DNA of 64,000 bases from Nannocystis bainbridge. GTDB lineage: Bacteria > Myxococcota_A > Polyangia > Nannocystales > Nannocystaceae. Positions 48,719 to 59,900 of the stretch are shown here, one piece after another. The notes beneath the pieces are model-generated. The model worked only from the letters and a program-made list of their open reading frames with translations. It was not told the DNA's origin and did not search any database. The first letter of the stretch is position 1. Each line of letters starts with the position of its first letter. Location of the stretch: positions 224,001 to 288,000 of the forward strand of contig NZ_JAQNDL010000005.1 of the NCBI RefSeq assembly GCF_028368995.1. Reading direction: 5' to 3'. Both the position numbers and the translations under genes were made by a program.

Positions 48719-50089
48719 ATGGAGAGCGGTTCACGCGCGGCCGGCAGCGGGCGTGGGCGCGGATTCATGGCAGCGGCGTGCGCTTGCCTCATCGGCTGCC
48801 CGGCGACGCCCGAGGCTCCCGCTCCGGCGCCCGCTCCGACGCCGACCGTCGCCGTCGAACCCGCGCCCGCTCCCACGCCCGACGCCGTCGAGCCCGCGCC
48901 CGCGATCGTCAGCGTGAGCGTGTGGCAGCACGCGCAGGGCGCCCGCGCCGTGTTCGAGCTGCCCGCCCCCGCGCGCCAGGTGCAGCTGCGGCGCTCGGAC
49001 GCCGTCCGCCGTGACACCTGGCGCAGCGTCACGCCCGGCGTCGAGTTGGTCGACGGGCTCGTGACCAGCGCCGAGCCGCTCACCCGCTTCGAGCTGACGC
49101 TCGCGCCCGACCCCGTCGAGATCGATCGCATCTATCCGTCGCTGCACCGCGTCGGCCGCGGCGTGGCGCTCTACGGGCCGGCCCTGCTCGTCGAGGGCGT
49201 CGAGACGCACGTGGTGCTGCGCCCGGACGCGGGCAGCGTGGCGATCCCCGAGCACGCGGCCGAGGCGGGCTACGCCTACCTCGGGCCGGCCGAAGAGGTG
49301 ACCCAGGCCGACGGGCTGCGCATCGTCGCCGGCGACGACATCACGCCGGCGCTCCTGGCGACGATCCGCCGCGAGGCCGAGGTCTCGCTCCGATATTATC
49401 GTGACCAGCTGGAGCGGCCCGGGCGCGAGCCGACGATCCTCGTCGCCACCAGCCCGGGGCCGTTCGAGTACCGCGGCGACGCCAGCCAGTCGGCGGTCAT
49501 CTCGCTGCGCTTCATGGCCGCGCACATGCACGAGGCCGACGTGACGGCGCCCCAGTTCGTGGCCAAGTTCGTGCGCCACGAGGCGTTTCACCTGTGGAAC
49601 GCGCCCACCACCGAGGGCGTGCCGGACTGGCTGCACGAGGGCGGGGCCGAGTACGCCGCGATCGTGTCGGCCGTGGCCAACGGCGCGCTGACCCAGGAGG
49701 AGGGCGTCGCCCAGCTGTCGCGCAACCTCGGCCGCTGCAGCGAGGCCCTCGGCGAGCGCTCGCTGGTGACGGCGGAGCTCTCGGGCTGGCAGATCTACGC
49801 GTGCGGCGTGACGCTGCAGTGGGTGGCCGACGTCGAGGCGCGCGGCGGTTCGCAGGGCCGGCGCGACACCTTTGCGATCTGGCGCGACCTGTTGCGCGCC
49901 GGTGATGCCGGCGGCTACACGCTCGCCGACCTGCGCGCGGCGACCGGCCCGACGACGGCGCTGCTGCTCGACGCCGCGGGCCCGCGACGCTGGCCCGACC
50001 TCGCGCGCGCCGTCGCCGGACACGGCGCCAAGATCAGCGACGGCGCCGACGCGGTGCTCGAGGCGCCCGCGCTCGCGCCCTCACGCTGA
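48719..50089 (+). CDS. lipoprotein gluzincin metallopeptidase (M61/M1-like)
   Basis: LIGC lipobox; RHEAFHLWN followed by WLHEGGAEY. Confidence 0.75.
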   Translation: MESGSRAAGSGRGRGFMAAACACLIGCPATPEAPAPAPAPTPTVAVEPAPAPTPDAVEPAPAIVSVSVWQHAQGARAVFELPAPARQVQLRRSDAVRRDTWRSVTPGVELVDGLVTSAEPLTRFELTLAPDPVEIDRIYPSLHRVGRGVALYGPALLVEGVETHVVLRPDAGSVAIPEHAAEAGYAYLGPAEEVTQADGLRIVAGDDITPALLATIRREAEVSLRYYRDQLERPGREPTILVATSPGPFEYRGDASQSAVISLRFMAAHMHEADVTAPQFVAKFVRHEAFHLWNAPTTEGVPDWLHEGGAEYAAIVSAVANGALTQEEGVAQLSRNLGRCSEALGERSLVTAELSGWQIYACGVTLQWVADVEARGGSQGRRDTFAIWRDLLRAGDAGGYTLADLRAATGPTTALLLDAAGPRRWPDLARAVAGHGAKISDGADAVLEAPALAPSR

Positions 50090-50260
50090 TCGACCCCGGC
50101 GACAGCGCTCGCACGCGAGGCCCCCGCGCTTCCATCATCCTCGATGATTCATGCCCGCCCTCGCACTCACAGCAGGTTTTCACGCGACTTGGGGCGTGCT
50201 GACGCCACAGGGGGTGAACCTGATGAGCGGCGGCCCGCCGAGAATGTCGAAGTCGACGTG

Positions 50261-50719
50261 CTAGCCCGCGTTGAAGCGGCGGAGCAGGGCCGTGAAGGCC
50301 TGCAGGTCCTCTTCGGACCAGCCCCGCAGGCGAGCCGAGAAGGCGGCGCCGCGGAGGTCGAGTGCGGCGAGCACCTGCGCTTCGCCCGTCGGGCTGAGTG
50401 AGAGGAGCACGGCACGGCGGTCGGACGGGTCGGGGCGACTCTCGACGAGTCCGAGGCGCTTCATCCAGCCCATCAGGTGACTGGTCGAGCTCCGATCCAT
50501 CCCCACCGCCTCGGCCACGGCGCTCGGCTTCGCGGGCCCGTAGGCGTACAGCCAGCGGGCGATGTGAAAGGCGGCAGGCTGCAACTCCGGGTGGAATGCG
50601 GCGGCCGAGCGCTCGGTGAGCGCCCGTGACGCACTCAAGAGCGCATTCAGCTCGACGCCGAGCTCGAGCTCCAGCGCGCTGCGGGGAGAGGGGTCGGGGT
50701 CGGGTAATTTAGTTGACAT
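50261..50719 (-). CDS. MarR-family transcriptional regulator
   Basis: AEAVGMDRSSTS, GLVESRPDPSDRRAVLLSLSPTG. Confidence 0.9.
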   Translation of the reverse strand: MSTKLPDPDPSPRSALELELGVELNALLSASRALTERSAAAFHPELQPAAFHIARWLYAYGPAKPSAVAEAVGMDRSSTSHLMGWMKRLGLVESRPDPSDRRAVLLSLSPTGEAQVLAALDLRGAAFSARLRGWSEEDLQAFTALLRRFNAG

Positions 50720-50756
50720 ATACCCATCACTCCGAAGACGGTTGAGTTATCCCCAT
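50712..50756. promoter_or_regulatory. candidate MarR operator pair in divergent promoter
   Basis: GTTGACATATACCCAT (50712-50727) and GTTGAGTTATCCCCAT (50741-50756) in an AT-rich region between the MarR and SDR genes. Confidence 0.45.
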
Positions 50757-50774
50757 TATACCGGAGGCTCACCC

Positions 50775-51647
50775 ATGCTCCCAGCTCCTCTGATCGTCCT
50801 CACCGGCGCCACGAACGGTCTTGGCCGCGTCGCCGCGGGCGAACTCGCGCGTCGCGGCGCGCGTCTCGCCATCATCGCCCGCGACCGGGAGAAGGCCGAG
50901 CGCACCCGAGCCGAGCTGCGCGCGGCCGTGACCGGTGCCTCCGTCGACCTCTTCTTCGCCGACCTGACCCGGCTGGCGGAGGTCCGTCGCGCCGGGGAGG
51001 AGATCGCCGCGCAGTACGGTCGCGTCGACGTGCTCATCAACAACGCCGGCGTTCACGCCTTCGAGCAGCGCGTGACGCCTGACGGCTTGCCCGAGATGAT
51101 CGCCGTCAACTACCTGGCGCCGTGGCTGCTCACGCGGATCCTCGTGCCCGCGCTCACCGCCGCAGGTCGGGCGCGTGTCGTGACCGTCGCCTCCGAGGCC
51201 TCGCGCCGGCACGGCACGCTCTCGCTGCCGGAGGACCTCACCGACACCCGGCCGTTCACCGCCCGCGGCTCCTCTGCGATCTACGGGAAGAGCAAGCTGC
51301 TCAACATCATGTTCTCCCTCGAGCTCGCGCGGCGCCTCGAGGGGACCGGGGTGGAGGCGGTGTGCCTCGACCCGGGGTTCAATGTCACGGGGCTCGGCCG
51401 CGACCTGTGGTTCGCGGCGCCGCTCGAGCGGGTCCTGCAGTGGCTGCGAATCGGCGAGCCCGCCCGCGGCGCAGGGCTCATCGTCGAGCTCGCGATCGGC
51501 TCGAGCATCGCCAAGCGCGATGGTCGCTACATCACCGTGAAGGGGCCGCGAGCGATCACGCCGGCGCCCCCCGGGGGCGAACCGGCGCTCCAGCGCCGCC
51601 TGTGGGACGAGACCGAGGCGCTGCTCGTGTGGCTCAGCGCCCTGTGA
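50775..51647 (+). CDS. short-chain dehydrogenase/reductase (retinol dehydrogenase-like)
   Basis: TGATNGLG, DVLINNAG, VASEA, YGKSK; GGAGG RBS. Confidence 0.93.
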   Translation: MLPAPLIVLTGATNGLGRVAAGELARRGARLAIIARDREKAERTRAELRAAVTGASVDLFFADLTRLAEVRRAGEEIAAQYGRVDVLINNAGVHAFEQRVTPDGLPEMIAVNYLAPWLLTRILVPALTAAGRARVVTVASEASRRHGTLSLPEDLTDTRPFTARGSSAIYGKSKLLNIMFSLELARRLEGTGVEAVCLDPGFNVTGLGRDLWFAAPLERVLQWLRIGEPARGAGLIVELAIGSSIAKRDGRYITVKGPRAITPAPPGGEPALQRRLWDETEALLVWLSAL

Positions 51648-51665
51648 CGAGGTGAAGGTCCGCCC

Positions 51666-51800
51666 ATGCTCACTCCCCTTGAGATCGTCGTCATCGTCGC
51701 GGTCATCGTGTTGGTGTTCGGCCCGTCCCGGTTACCGCGCTGGGTTCGAGCATCGGCCAGATGCTGCGAGGGTTCCGCAAAGAGATGAAGGCGATCGGGG
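51666..51800 (+). pseudogene. frameshifted, truncated tatA paralogue
   Basis: MLTPLEIVVIVAVIVLVFGPSRL, 1-nt deletion, then ALGSSIGQMLRGFRKEMKAI, near-identical to tatA at 25639-25869. Confidence 0.75.
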
Positions 51801-52363
51801 GCCGTGCGGTGATGCAGCCGATCGTTACTTGTGCCTCAAACACTGAGCTTTGGGGCCGGCGCTTGAAGTTTGCGATGATTCCATGCAGTACTCCGATCTC
51901 TGATCGGGTCTCCGAAATCAGGCGGCTGTCCGGCGAAGTGCTTTCCGGTTGAGGGGTTCGGTTACACCTCGCTCGTAGGCTTTCCGAGCGACACGCGGCG
52001 GAAGAAGTTGGTGGCGAGCCGCCGCTGAATGTCCTCCTCCTTCAGAGTCTCCTGCCAGAAGGCCGGGGCGCGAGTTCGAGGACGCGGCGCGGGGCCACGA
52101 CGGGAGCAGGCATAGGAGGTCGCGGATGTAGGCACAGCGCTCGATCCGGTGGAGCTGGCAGCCCTCGCACGCGCTCGAGGCCCCCGCGCTTCCATCATCC
52201 TCGATGATTCGTGCCCGTCCTCGCGCGCGCCCTCGCCGGGCACGGCGCCAGGATCAGCGACGGCGCCGACGCGGTGCTCGAGGCGCCCGCGCTCGCGCCC
52301 GCACGATGATTCGCCGGGCCCTCGCATGAGGCGCAGCGCCTCGCAGGGGCCAGGGCCCCGCGA

Positions 52364-53020
52364 TCACGGCTCGTCGCTGGCCCCGCCGAGTTCGCGCCCG
52401 CAGCGGGCCGCCCAGTCCTCGAGCCGCGTCAGCGTGCTCTCGAGCACCTCGCGCGAGCGGGCCAGGCGGTCCATCGCGGCCTGCAGCGCGTCGCGGGCGC
52501 GCTGCAGGCGGCTGCGCACCGTGGCCGGCGGCACCCCCAGCACCTCCGCGATCCGATCGGTCCGCATGTCCTCCCAGTAGTGCAGCTCGAGCACCACCTG
52601 GTAGTTGACGGGGATCGCCCGCAGGCCCTCGAGCAAGAGCCGCTGCTCCTGCGTGCGGGCGATGACCGAGACGGCCCCCGGATCGAGCTGCTCGACCGAG
52701 ACCGCGTCGAGGTCGGCCTCGGGCGCCTCACGCGGGCGCCGGCGCAGGTGGCGACAGAACACGTGGTACGCGATGCGCAGCAGGTACCCGCGGAACCGGC
52801 TGGCGTCGGTCACCCGCTCGCGGCTCTCGACGCTGGCGACGAACGTCTCCTGCATCAGATCGGCGATGTGTTCGGCGCGGACCTTGTTGCGGAAGTATCG
52901 CTTGAGCAGGCGATAGTGGCGGGCGAACAGCAGCTCGCCTGCCGCGGCGTCGCCGGCCCGCCACGCCTCCAGCAGATCGGCGTCGCTGGGCTCGTCGGGG
53001 GGTGATGGAGGCGAGGTCAT
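52364..53020 (-). CDS. ECF RNA polymerase sigma factor
   Basis: SDADLLEAWRAGD, DLMQETF, FRGYLLRIA, IAEVLGVPPATVRSRLQRAR. Confidence 0.92.
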   Translation of the reverse strand: MTSPPSPPDEPSDADLLEAWRAGDAAAGELLFARHYRLLKRYFRNKVRAEHIADLMQETFVASVESRERVTDASRFRGYLLRIAYHVFCRHLRRRPREAPEADLDAVSVEQLDPGAVSVIARTQEQRLLLEGLRAIPVNYQVVLELHYWEDMRTDRIAEVLGVPPATVRSRLQRARDALQAAMDRLARSREVLESTLTRLEDWAARCGRELGGASDEP

Positions 53021-53054
53021 GCGCGCACGGCTGGCGAGGGTGATGCGGCCCGTA

Positions 53055-53414
53055 TCACACCGAGCTCGGCGGGCACGAGCTCAGTGGCTTGAATTTCGGC
53101 GTCTTCGTCGGGGTCTCGAGCGGCGGCACCACCCGCGATTCGCTGGTCGGCGGATCGACGTAGGTGATCGTCACCGTGTACTCGACCTGGGGATCGTTGA
53201 CGCTGAACTCGACCCAATTGGTGCCATACGAGGGCCCGCTGGGGCTCACGCTCACGCCGCTGATCGAGCCGCTCCCGGCGGCGTTGGCCGCCGAGTCGAA
53301 GGTGACCCGGATCGTCGAATGCGTGGCGTCGACCACCACGATGTAGACGAAGTCGGACCCGACCTCGAGCGTGGCGACGTTGAGCCGGGTGCTGGCGGTG
53401 ATGCATTGATGCAT
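53055..53414 (-). CDS. hypothetical beta-rich protein
   Basis: GGAG RBS upstream, coding-like bias, lies between kinase and ECF genes. Confidence 0.6.
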   Translation of the reverse strand: MHQCITASTRLNVATLEVGSDFVYIVVVDATHSTIRVTFDSAANAAGSGSISGVSVSPSGPSYGTNWVEFSVNDPQVEYTVTITYVDPPTSESRVVPPLETPTKTPKFKPLSSCPPSSV

Positions 53415-53465
53415 GAAGGATGCTCCTGGTGCGTGGTTGAGGATCGATGGGAGTTCGCGCGAGCC

Positions 53466-56400
53466 TCACCCGCCGGCCAGGCGGCGCTCGTCGGTGGTGG
53501 CGTGCACGCTGTCGAACAGCACGGCCAGCATCGCCTCGCCGCCGGCGACCGCCCGGGCGTCCTCGCGGGCGCGACCCATGGCCGCCGCCCCGTCGGCGCT
53601 GGCCGGATCGCGGCGCACCGCCAGCAGCCCCGAGAGCAGCGCGAAGGTCACGCGATCGAGCTCGCCGACCGGCGCGTGATCGAACTCGGCCAGGCGCGCG
53701 GCCGCTCGCGCGTGCTCGCCGGCGATCAGATCGACCGCCGTCAGCCCCAGGCGCGCGTCGGTGCTGTCCTCGCAGCCGACCCCGCCCGCGGCCTCGATCG
53801 CGGCGCGCCCCGCCTCGAGCTCCACGCGCGCCTCGGCCAGCTCGCCGGTCGCCAGCAGCGCCCAGCCGAGCGCCACCCGGAACGACGCCGTGTACACGTC
53901 GCGCGCTCCGTGGGCCGCCGCGTGGCCCGCCACCGCCCGGCGCAACGCCGCCACCGCCGCCTGCGACCGGCCGAGGAAGTAGTTGCCCGTCCCGAGCAGC
54001 GCCGCCACCTCCGCGTGCTCGATGCGGTCCGGCCCCAGCACCGCGGCGAACACCGCCTCCGCGGCCTCCGCGTGCTTCACCGCGCGCTCGAACCGGCCGG
54101 CGTCGAGCTCGAGCTGGGCCAGCACGAAGCCCGCCCGCCCGGCCTCGAGCGTCATCGCCTCGTCGGTCCCCTGCCAGATGTCGACCGCCCGCCGCAACAG
54201 CACGCTCGCCTGCGCCTCGTGGTCGGCCCCGGCGCGGGCCGAGGCGCGCAGCACCTGGGCCAGGTTGTAGGCCGCGCGGGCGACCTCGGGGTGGCGCGGG
54301 CCGTACACCCGCCCCCGCTGGTCCAGCGCGCGCTCGAACTCCACCCGCGCCGCCTCCGGCTCGCCGCGCTCCAGCAGCGCCGTGCCGAGGCTCGAGGCCG
54401 CGTGCGACGCGTAGAGCAGATCGTCCTGCTCGACCAGCGCGGCCGCGGCGACGCGCAGCCGATCGACCGCCGGCTCGAGCTCGTCGGCCAGCAGCGCCAG
54501 GTTGCCGCGCACGAACCCCAGGCGCGCCTCGGTCGCCGGATCGAGCCCGATCCGGGCGCTCGCCGCCTCGGCCCGCCGCAGATAACGCCGCCCCGCCGCC
54601 AGGTCAGGCGTCTCGGTCACCGCCGACATCGCCAGCAAGCGCCAGCTGTCGGCGACCACCCGATCGTGGCCCGCCGCCTCGCCCGCGTCCGCCGCCTGCT
54701 CGAGCCGCTCGAAGCCCTCCGCCCCGCGACCGCGCACCAGCGCCACCCGCCCCAGCGTCAGCGCCACCTCGGCCGTCAGCGGCGCGTGCCCCAGCGCCTC
54801 GGCCTCCGTCGCCAGCGGCAGCGCCTTCGTCCACGCCGCCTCGGTCCGCCCGGTGAACAGCTCCGCCTCGGCGATCGCCAGCTGCCGGCGCACCTGCTGC
54901 ACCGCGTCCGCCTGGGCCGGCGGCGGCTCGGGCGGGCCGCCTTGCCGGGCCTCGCGCGCGCACGCCTGCGGGTCCTCGAGCCGCTGCACCGCCGCCGGCG
55001 CCGCTCGCAGCACCTCCGGCTCGCCGCCCAGCAGCGCCGCCACCACCGCCCCGGCGCCGTCGCGGTGGCGCTCGAGGCAGCGCCCGAGCCGATCGAGCAC
55101 CACCGGATCGCCGCCCGCTCGCGCCTCGCACAGCGCCTCGCGGGCCGTCAGCCAGCGCCCGCGCCAGCGGTCGAGGCCCGCCACCACCGACGCCTCGCTG
55201 TCGGCCAGCCAGCCCCGCCCGGCGCCCGTCGCCGCCGCCGCGAACCGCTCGCCCAGCCGCGCCCGGCTCTCGGCCGCCCACGTGTCGTCGAGCTCGCGCG
55301 CCACCGCCACGCACGCCTCGACCTCCGGCGCCGCGCTCCACCACGCCGCCGCGACCCCGCCGAGCAGCCCCGTCCCGAGCGCCACCGCGCCGGCCAGCGC
55401 CACCCTTCGCCGCCGCCGCCCGCGGGCCAGCCCGGCCTCGATCGCCGCCAGCAGCGCGTCGACGTCGGCCCAGCGCCGGCCCGGATCGGCCTCCAGCCCG
55501 CGCCGCACGATCGGCCACAGCCAACCCGCCAGGGCGTCGCGCGGCGGCTCGGCCGGGGTCCAGTCGACGCGCCCGCGCAGCACCTCGGCCAGCGTGCGCC
55601 GCGGGAACGGCCGCCGCCCCCACAGCCCCTCGTAGATCGACACGCACAGCGCGAACTGATCGGCGCGCGCGTCGGCCTGGCCGCGAAATTGTTCGGGTGG
55701 CATGTACGCCGGCGTGCCCGCGACCTCGCTCGAGCGGTCCTGCGTCGGCAACCCGCCCGGCCACGCGCCGCTCTCGTCCGTCGGCCCCGGTGCGCTGGGC
55801 CCCCCCTCGCCGGACTCGAGCGCCGCCAACCCGAAATCGACCACCGCCACCCGCCCGTCGACCCCGCGCAGCACGTTGTCCGGCTTGAAGTCGCGGTGGA
55901 TGATGCCCGCCCGGTGGGCCGCCGCCAGCCCGCGCCCGGCCGCCAGATACGCCGCCAGCACCTCGGCCTGCGGCGGCCCCGGCTCGCTGCCCAGCCACTC
56001 GCGCAGGCTGCCGCCCTCGATCCGCTCCATCGCCAGGTACGTGCGCCCGTCGTGCTCGCCGACCTCGTACACGTGCACCACGTGGGGATGGGCCAGCCGC
56101 GCCAGCGCCCGCGCCTCGACCCGCAGCCGCGCCGTCGATCGCGGATCGGCGAGGTGGGCGTGGACCAGCTTGATGGCGATCGGCCGCTCGAGCGCGTCGT
56201 CGAAGGCGAGGTGGACCTCGCCCATCGCCCCGGCGCCGAGGCGATGCATCAGCCGGTAGCGGCCGATCCGGGTCGCCTCGCCGCGCGCGAACAGCCGCGT
56301 CCGCAGCTCGCTGAACAGCCGCTCGTCGTCGACGCCGCTGAACACCTGCCCGTCGGTGCGCGCGTCGGACCGCTGCCCCTCGCGCGAGCGCAGCGTCTGC

Positions 56401-56474
56401 GCGTCGCCCCTCGATCCGAGGGACCCGAACGACGACGCATCGTCTCGCGCGCGCTGCAGCCTCGCCTCGCCCAT
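53466..56474 (-). CDS. Ser/Thr protein kinase with TM helix and TPR repeats
   Basis: GAGAMGEV, IAIKL, HRDFKPDN, DFGLA, GTPAYMPPEQ; TPR-like GPRHPEVARAAYNLA. Confidence 0.93.
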   Translation of the reverse strand: MGEARLQRARDDASSFGSLGSRGDAQTLRSREGQRSDARTDGQVFSGVDDERLFSELRTRLFARGEATRIGRYRLMHRLGAGAMGEVHLAFDDALERPIAIKLVHAHLADPRSTARLRVEARALARLAHPHVVHVYEVGEHDGRTYLAMERIEGGSLREWLGSEPGPPQAEVLAAYLAAGRGLAAAHRAGIIHRDFKPDNVLRGVDGRVAVVDFGLAALESGEGGPSAPGPTDESGAWPGGLPTQDRSSEVAGTPAYMPPEQFRGQADARADQFALCVSIYEGLWGRRPFPRRTLAEVLRGRVDWTPAEPPRDALAGWLWPIVRRGLEADPGRRWADVDALLAAIEAGLARGRRRRRVALAGAVALGTGLLGGVAAAWWSAAPEVEACVAVARELDDTWAAESRARLGERFAAAATGAGRGWLADSEASVVAGLDRWRGRWLTAREALCEARAGGDPVVLDRLGRCLERHRDGAGAVVAALLGGEPEVLRAAPAAVQRLEDPQACAREARQGGPPEPPPAQADAVQQVRRQLAIAEAELFTGRTEAAWTKALPLATEAEALGHAPLTAEVALTLGRVALVRGRGAEGFERLEQAADAGEAAGHDRVVADSWRLLAMSAVTETPDLAAGRRYLRRAEAASARIGLDPATEARLGFVRGNLALLADELEPAVDRLRVAAAALVEQDDLLYASHAASSLGTALLERGEPEAARVEFERALDQRGRVYGPRHPEVARAAYNLAQVLRASARAGADHEAQASVLLRRAVDIWQGTDEAMTLEAGRAGFVLAQLELDAGRFERAVKHAEAAEAVFAAVLGPDRIEHAEVAALLGTGNYFLGRSQAAVAALRRAVAGHAAAHGARDVYTASFRVALGWALLATGELAEARVELEAGRAAIEAAGGVGCEDSTDARLGLTAVDLIAGEHARAAARLAEFDHAPVGELDRVTFALLSGLLAVRRDPASADGAAAMGRAREDARAVAGGEAMLAVLFDSVHATTDERRLAGG

Positions 56475-56867
56475 CCCGCCCTGGTCTCTCTCTAGTCCCC
56501 CGCCGACGCGAGCGTCAAGCCGTGGCGACCTCGCGCGCGCGCGCCCTGGGCCGCCGCGCGCCCCTGGGCCGCCCTGCACGCGTCGCTGCGCGAGTGAGGA
56601 GCCTCGCCCCCTGCGCCCCTCCGAGCCGCCCCCCACGGTCGTCGCAATTCCGCCCCGCCGAGCTCTGCTTCACGCGACTCGGCGGGGCCGCGCAGGTTCG
56701 GTTTCGAACAGCGCATTTCCCCGGCGAAAACCGCAGGCGCAGCCACGATCCCGCCGATCTCCCGCCGCCTGCCGGCGCGAGCCGAGAGCGCTTCAGCGCG
56801 GAGGAACCCGCCGTCGCGTCCGGGCGCTGAGCCGATGGCCCTGCGCGGGCTCGCCTCGCGTGAGCCC

Positions 56868-56960
56868 GCATGCCCCTTCGGTCATGCCTTCAAGAACATG
56901 ACCGTGAGAACATGTCCCCGAGAACATTACTACAAGAACATGTCCTCACGGACATGTCTT
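56868..56960. repeat. seven-unit 14-bp-phased palindrome array overlapping the 3' end of the kinase-like gene
   Basis: gcatgc, tcatgc, acatga, acatgt, acatta, acatgt, acatgt cores, each 14 bp apart. Confidence 0.8.
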
Positions 56961-59900
56961 CACATACAGCCGGTCGCCGAAGTCGTGCGCCCACTCGGCC
57001 GGCGTCAGGTCGCGACCTGCCCGCGCGCAGGCCTCGGCCAGGCGGCCTGCCAGCGTCGCCGGGAACACCCGCGCCAGCCCGTCGGCGCCCGCCGTCACCA
57101 CCAGCGCCCCGTCGCTCGAGAACCCTCCCGACCACAGCCTGCGATCGTGCTCGCCGGGCCCTGCCGCTGGCGTATGCGGCAGTCGCAGCGCCACCAGCCC
57201 CTCCGGGCGGCGCGACCACAGGCGCGCCGAGCCATCGGCCGACGCCGTCAGGATCGCCGCGCCGTCGGGGCTGTACGCCGCGATCCACACCGCGTCCGTG
57301 TGCCCGCGCAGCGTCACCGGCTCCCCGCCGTCGAGCGGCCACTCGCAGGCCGTCCCGTCCGTCGAGGCCGTCAGCGCCGCCAGCCCGTCGGGCCGCAGCT
57401 GGACCTGACCTATCGACCCCGCGTGGCCGCGCAGCACGATCGGCGCCGCCTCGGGCCGGGCCAGCGACCACACCCGCGCCACCGCGTCGTCGCCCGCGCT
57501 GGCCAGCAGCTCGCCGTCGACCGCCAGCGCCCGCACCGGGCCCGCGTGGCCTTGCAGGCTGGCCTTGCGGACCGTCGCCCCGGCCAGCGGCGTCACCCGC
57601 ACCGGCCCGTCGTCGCCGGCGCTGGCGACGGCTGTCCCATCGGACATGAACTGAAGCACCCGCACCGCCCCCGCGTGGGCGGCCACCTCGTCGAGGCTGG
57701 GCGGCCCGACCGGCGGGAAGCGGACCACGTGGACCCGGCCGTCCTCGCCGGCGACCGCCGCCAGCTCGCCCGCGGGGCTCCAGCGGGCGTCGAGGAGCGC
57801 CGCCCCGCGCGGCGCCGTGAGGCTGGCCAAAAGGACAGGTTCGGCCCCGCTCAGCGACCACAGGCGCAGCCGCCCGTCGCTGCCCACCGTCAGCAGCCGC
57901 GCGCCGTCGGGGCTGGCCGCCAGCGCCGTCGAGGCCCCCTCGCGGTGGCCGCCCAGCCGCGTCGAAGCCCGGCCGTCGCGCGGCCACACCCGCGCCGCGC
58001 CGTCGAGCCCGGCGGTCACCACCGTGCGCCCGTCGGCCAGGAACGCGGCCTGCTCGATCGCCGCCGCGTGCCCGCGCAACAGCCACGGATCGTCCGCGAT
58101 CCGCCAGCGGCGCGCGCTGCCGTCGACCGACGCCGTCAGCACCCGGGCGCCGTCGCGCGAGAAGCTGGCCGCCACCACGCTGCCGGCGTGGCCGCGCAGG
58201 CGCAGCGGCGGGCCGCGCACGCCCGGCTGCCACAGCCACGCCTCGCCGCCCGCGGGGGTCCCGAGCAGCAGATCGCCCGCCGGCCCGACCTGGACCCCCA
58301 GCAGCGCCTCCTCGTGGCCCTGCAGCTCGATCCGCGCGCTGCTGCCGTCGCGCTGCCACACCCGCGCGCTGCCGTCCCGCGACACCGTCACCACCTGCTG
58401 CCCGCCGGGCCGGTACGCCGCCGCGTAGACCTCGTCGGTGTGCCCCACCAGCCGCTGCGGCGGCCCGCCGTCGACCGGCACCAGCGCCGCCGTGTGATCG
58501 GCGCGCGCGACCACGATCTCCTGCCCGTCCCCGCGCCACGTCGCCGCCAGCAGCCCCGTCGCCCCGCGAGCGGCCGGCGGCGGCAGCTTGAGCGCGCGCG
58601 CCGGACCGGCCGCCGCGGGCCACAGCCGCGCCGTCCCGTCGCCGCTCAGCGTCAGCAGCGTCGCCCCGTCGGGGCTCCACAGCGCCCGCCGCAGCGGGTC
58701 GCTCGCCTCGCCCAGCGGCTGCGGCGGCTGCCCCGGGCGCAGCACGTGCACCCGCGGCCCGTCGCGCACGACCAGCGCCTCACCTGTCCCCCAGGCCAGG
58801 TCGCGCGGATCGGTCGTCGGCAGCTCCCAGCACGTCGGCGCCCCCAGCCCGCCGACCGGCGTCAGCGCGTGCACGCACGGCCGATCGCCGGCGCGCGCGA
58901 TCGCCAGCGCCGCCCCGCCCGGCGCGAACGCCAGGGCCCGCGCGCTGCCTGTCCCCAAGGCCACGTCGAGCGGGGCCCGCGGCGCCGCCGTCGACCACAG
59001 CGCCACCGCCCCCTCGCGCTCCCCGGTGGCCAGCCAGCGCCCGTCGTCGCTCTCGGCCAGAGCGTCGACCACCCCCCCGCCCGGGCGGGCGAACCGGTCG
59101 CTGCGCGGCCCGTCGAGCGCGTCGAGCAGCGCCTGCTCCACCTCGAGCGGCGGCGCCTCCCCGCGCGCCTGCGCCGTCGCCACCGCCGCCACCGCCAGCA
59201 GCTGCCGCAGCGCCGGATCGGCGCCCGCCTGTTGACCCGCCGCCGCCGCCAGCCGCCGCGCCTCCCCGGCCGCCTGCGTGCGCGCGTCCTCGGCCGCGAT
59301 CGCGGCCGCCCGCACCTCCTCCGCCGCCGCGTCGGCCGCGTGGCGCTCCGCGAGCTGCTGCCAGGTCACCAGCGCCCCGCCGAACAGCGCCGCCAGGGTC
59401 ACCAGCCACAGCCCCAGCCGCCGGCGCAGCCGGCTCGGGTCGCGGCCGAGCGCCTCCAGCAGCGCGTCCATGCTCGGCCAGCGCGCGGCCGGATCGGCCT
59501 GCAGCCCGCGCTCGACCGCCCGCTGCAGCCAGCCCGGCACCTCGCGTGCGCCGCGGACGATCGCCCCGGCCACGATCGCCGCCTGCACCTCCTCGCGCCG
59601 CTCGCCCGCGAACGGCCGCACCCCGTGCAGCGCCTCCTGCAGCGCCGCGCAGAACCCGAACACGTCGCTGCGCGCGTCGCCCTCGCCGCCCGCGTGCTGC
59701 TCCGGCGCCACCGCCGTCGGCGCCGCGACCGCGTCGCCCGGCCGATCGGTCTTGATCGACATGCCCATACGGACATGTTCTTTGGGACCTTCCCCTTCGG
59801 GCATGCTCTGCGGGACAGACGCAGCGCGGACCCGGGCCAGCCCGAAGTCGACCACCCGCGCCCGGCCGTCGTCGCCGACCAGCACGCTCTCGGGCTTGAA

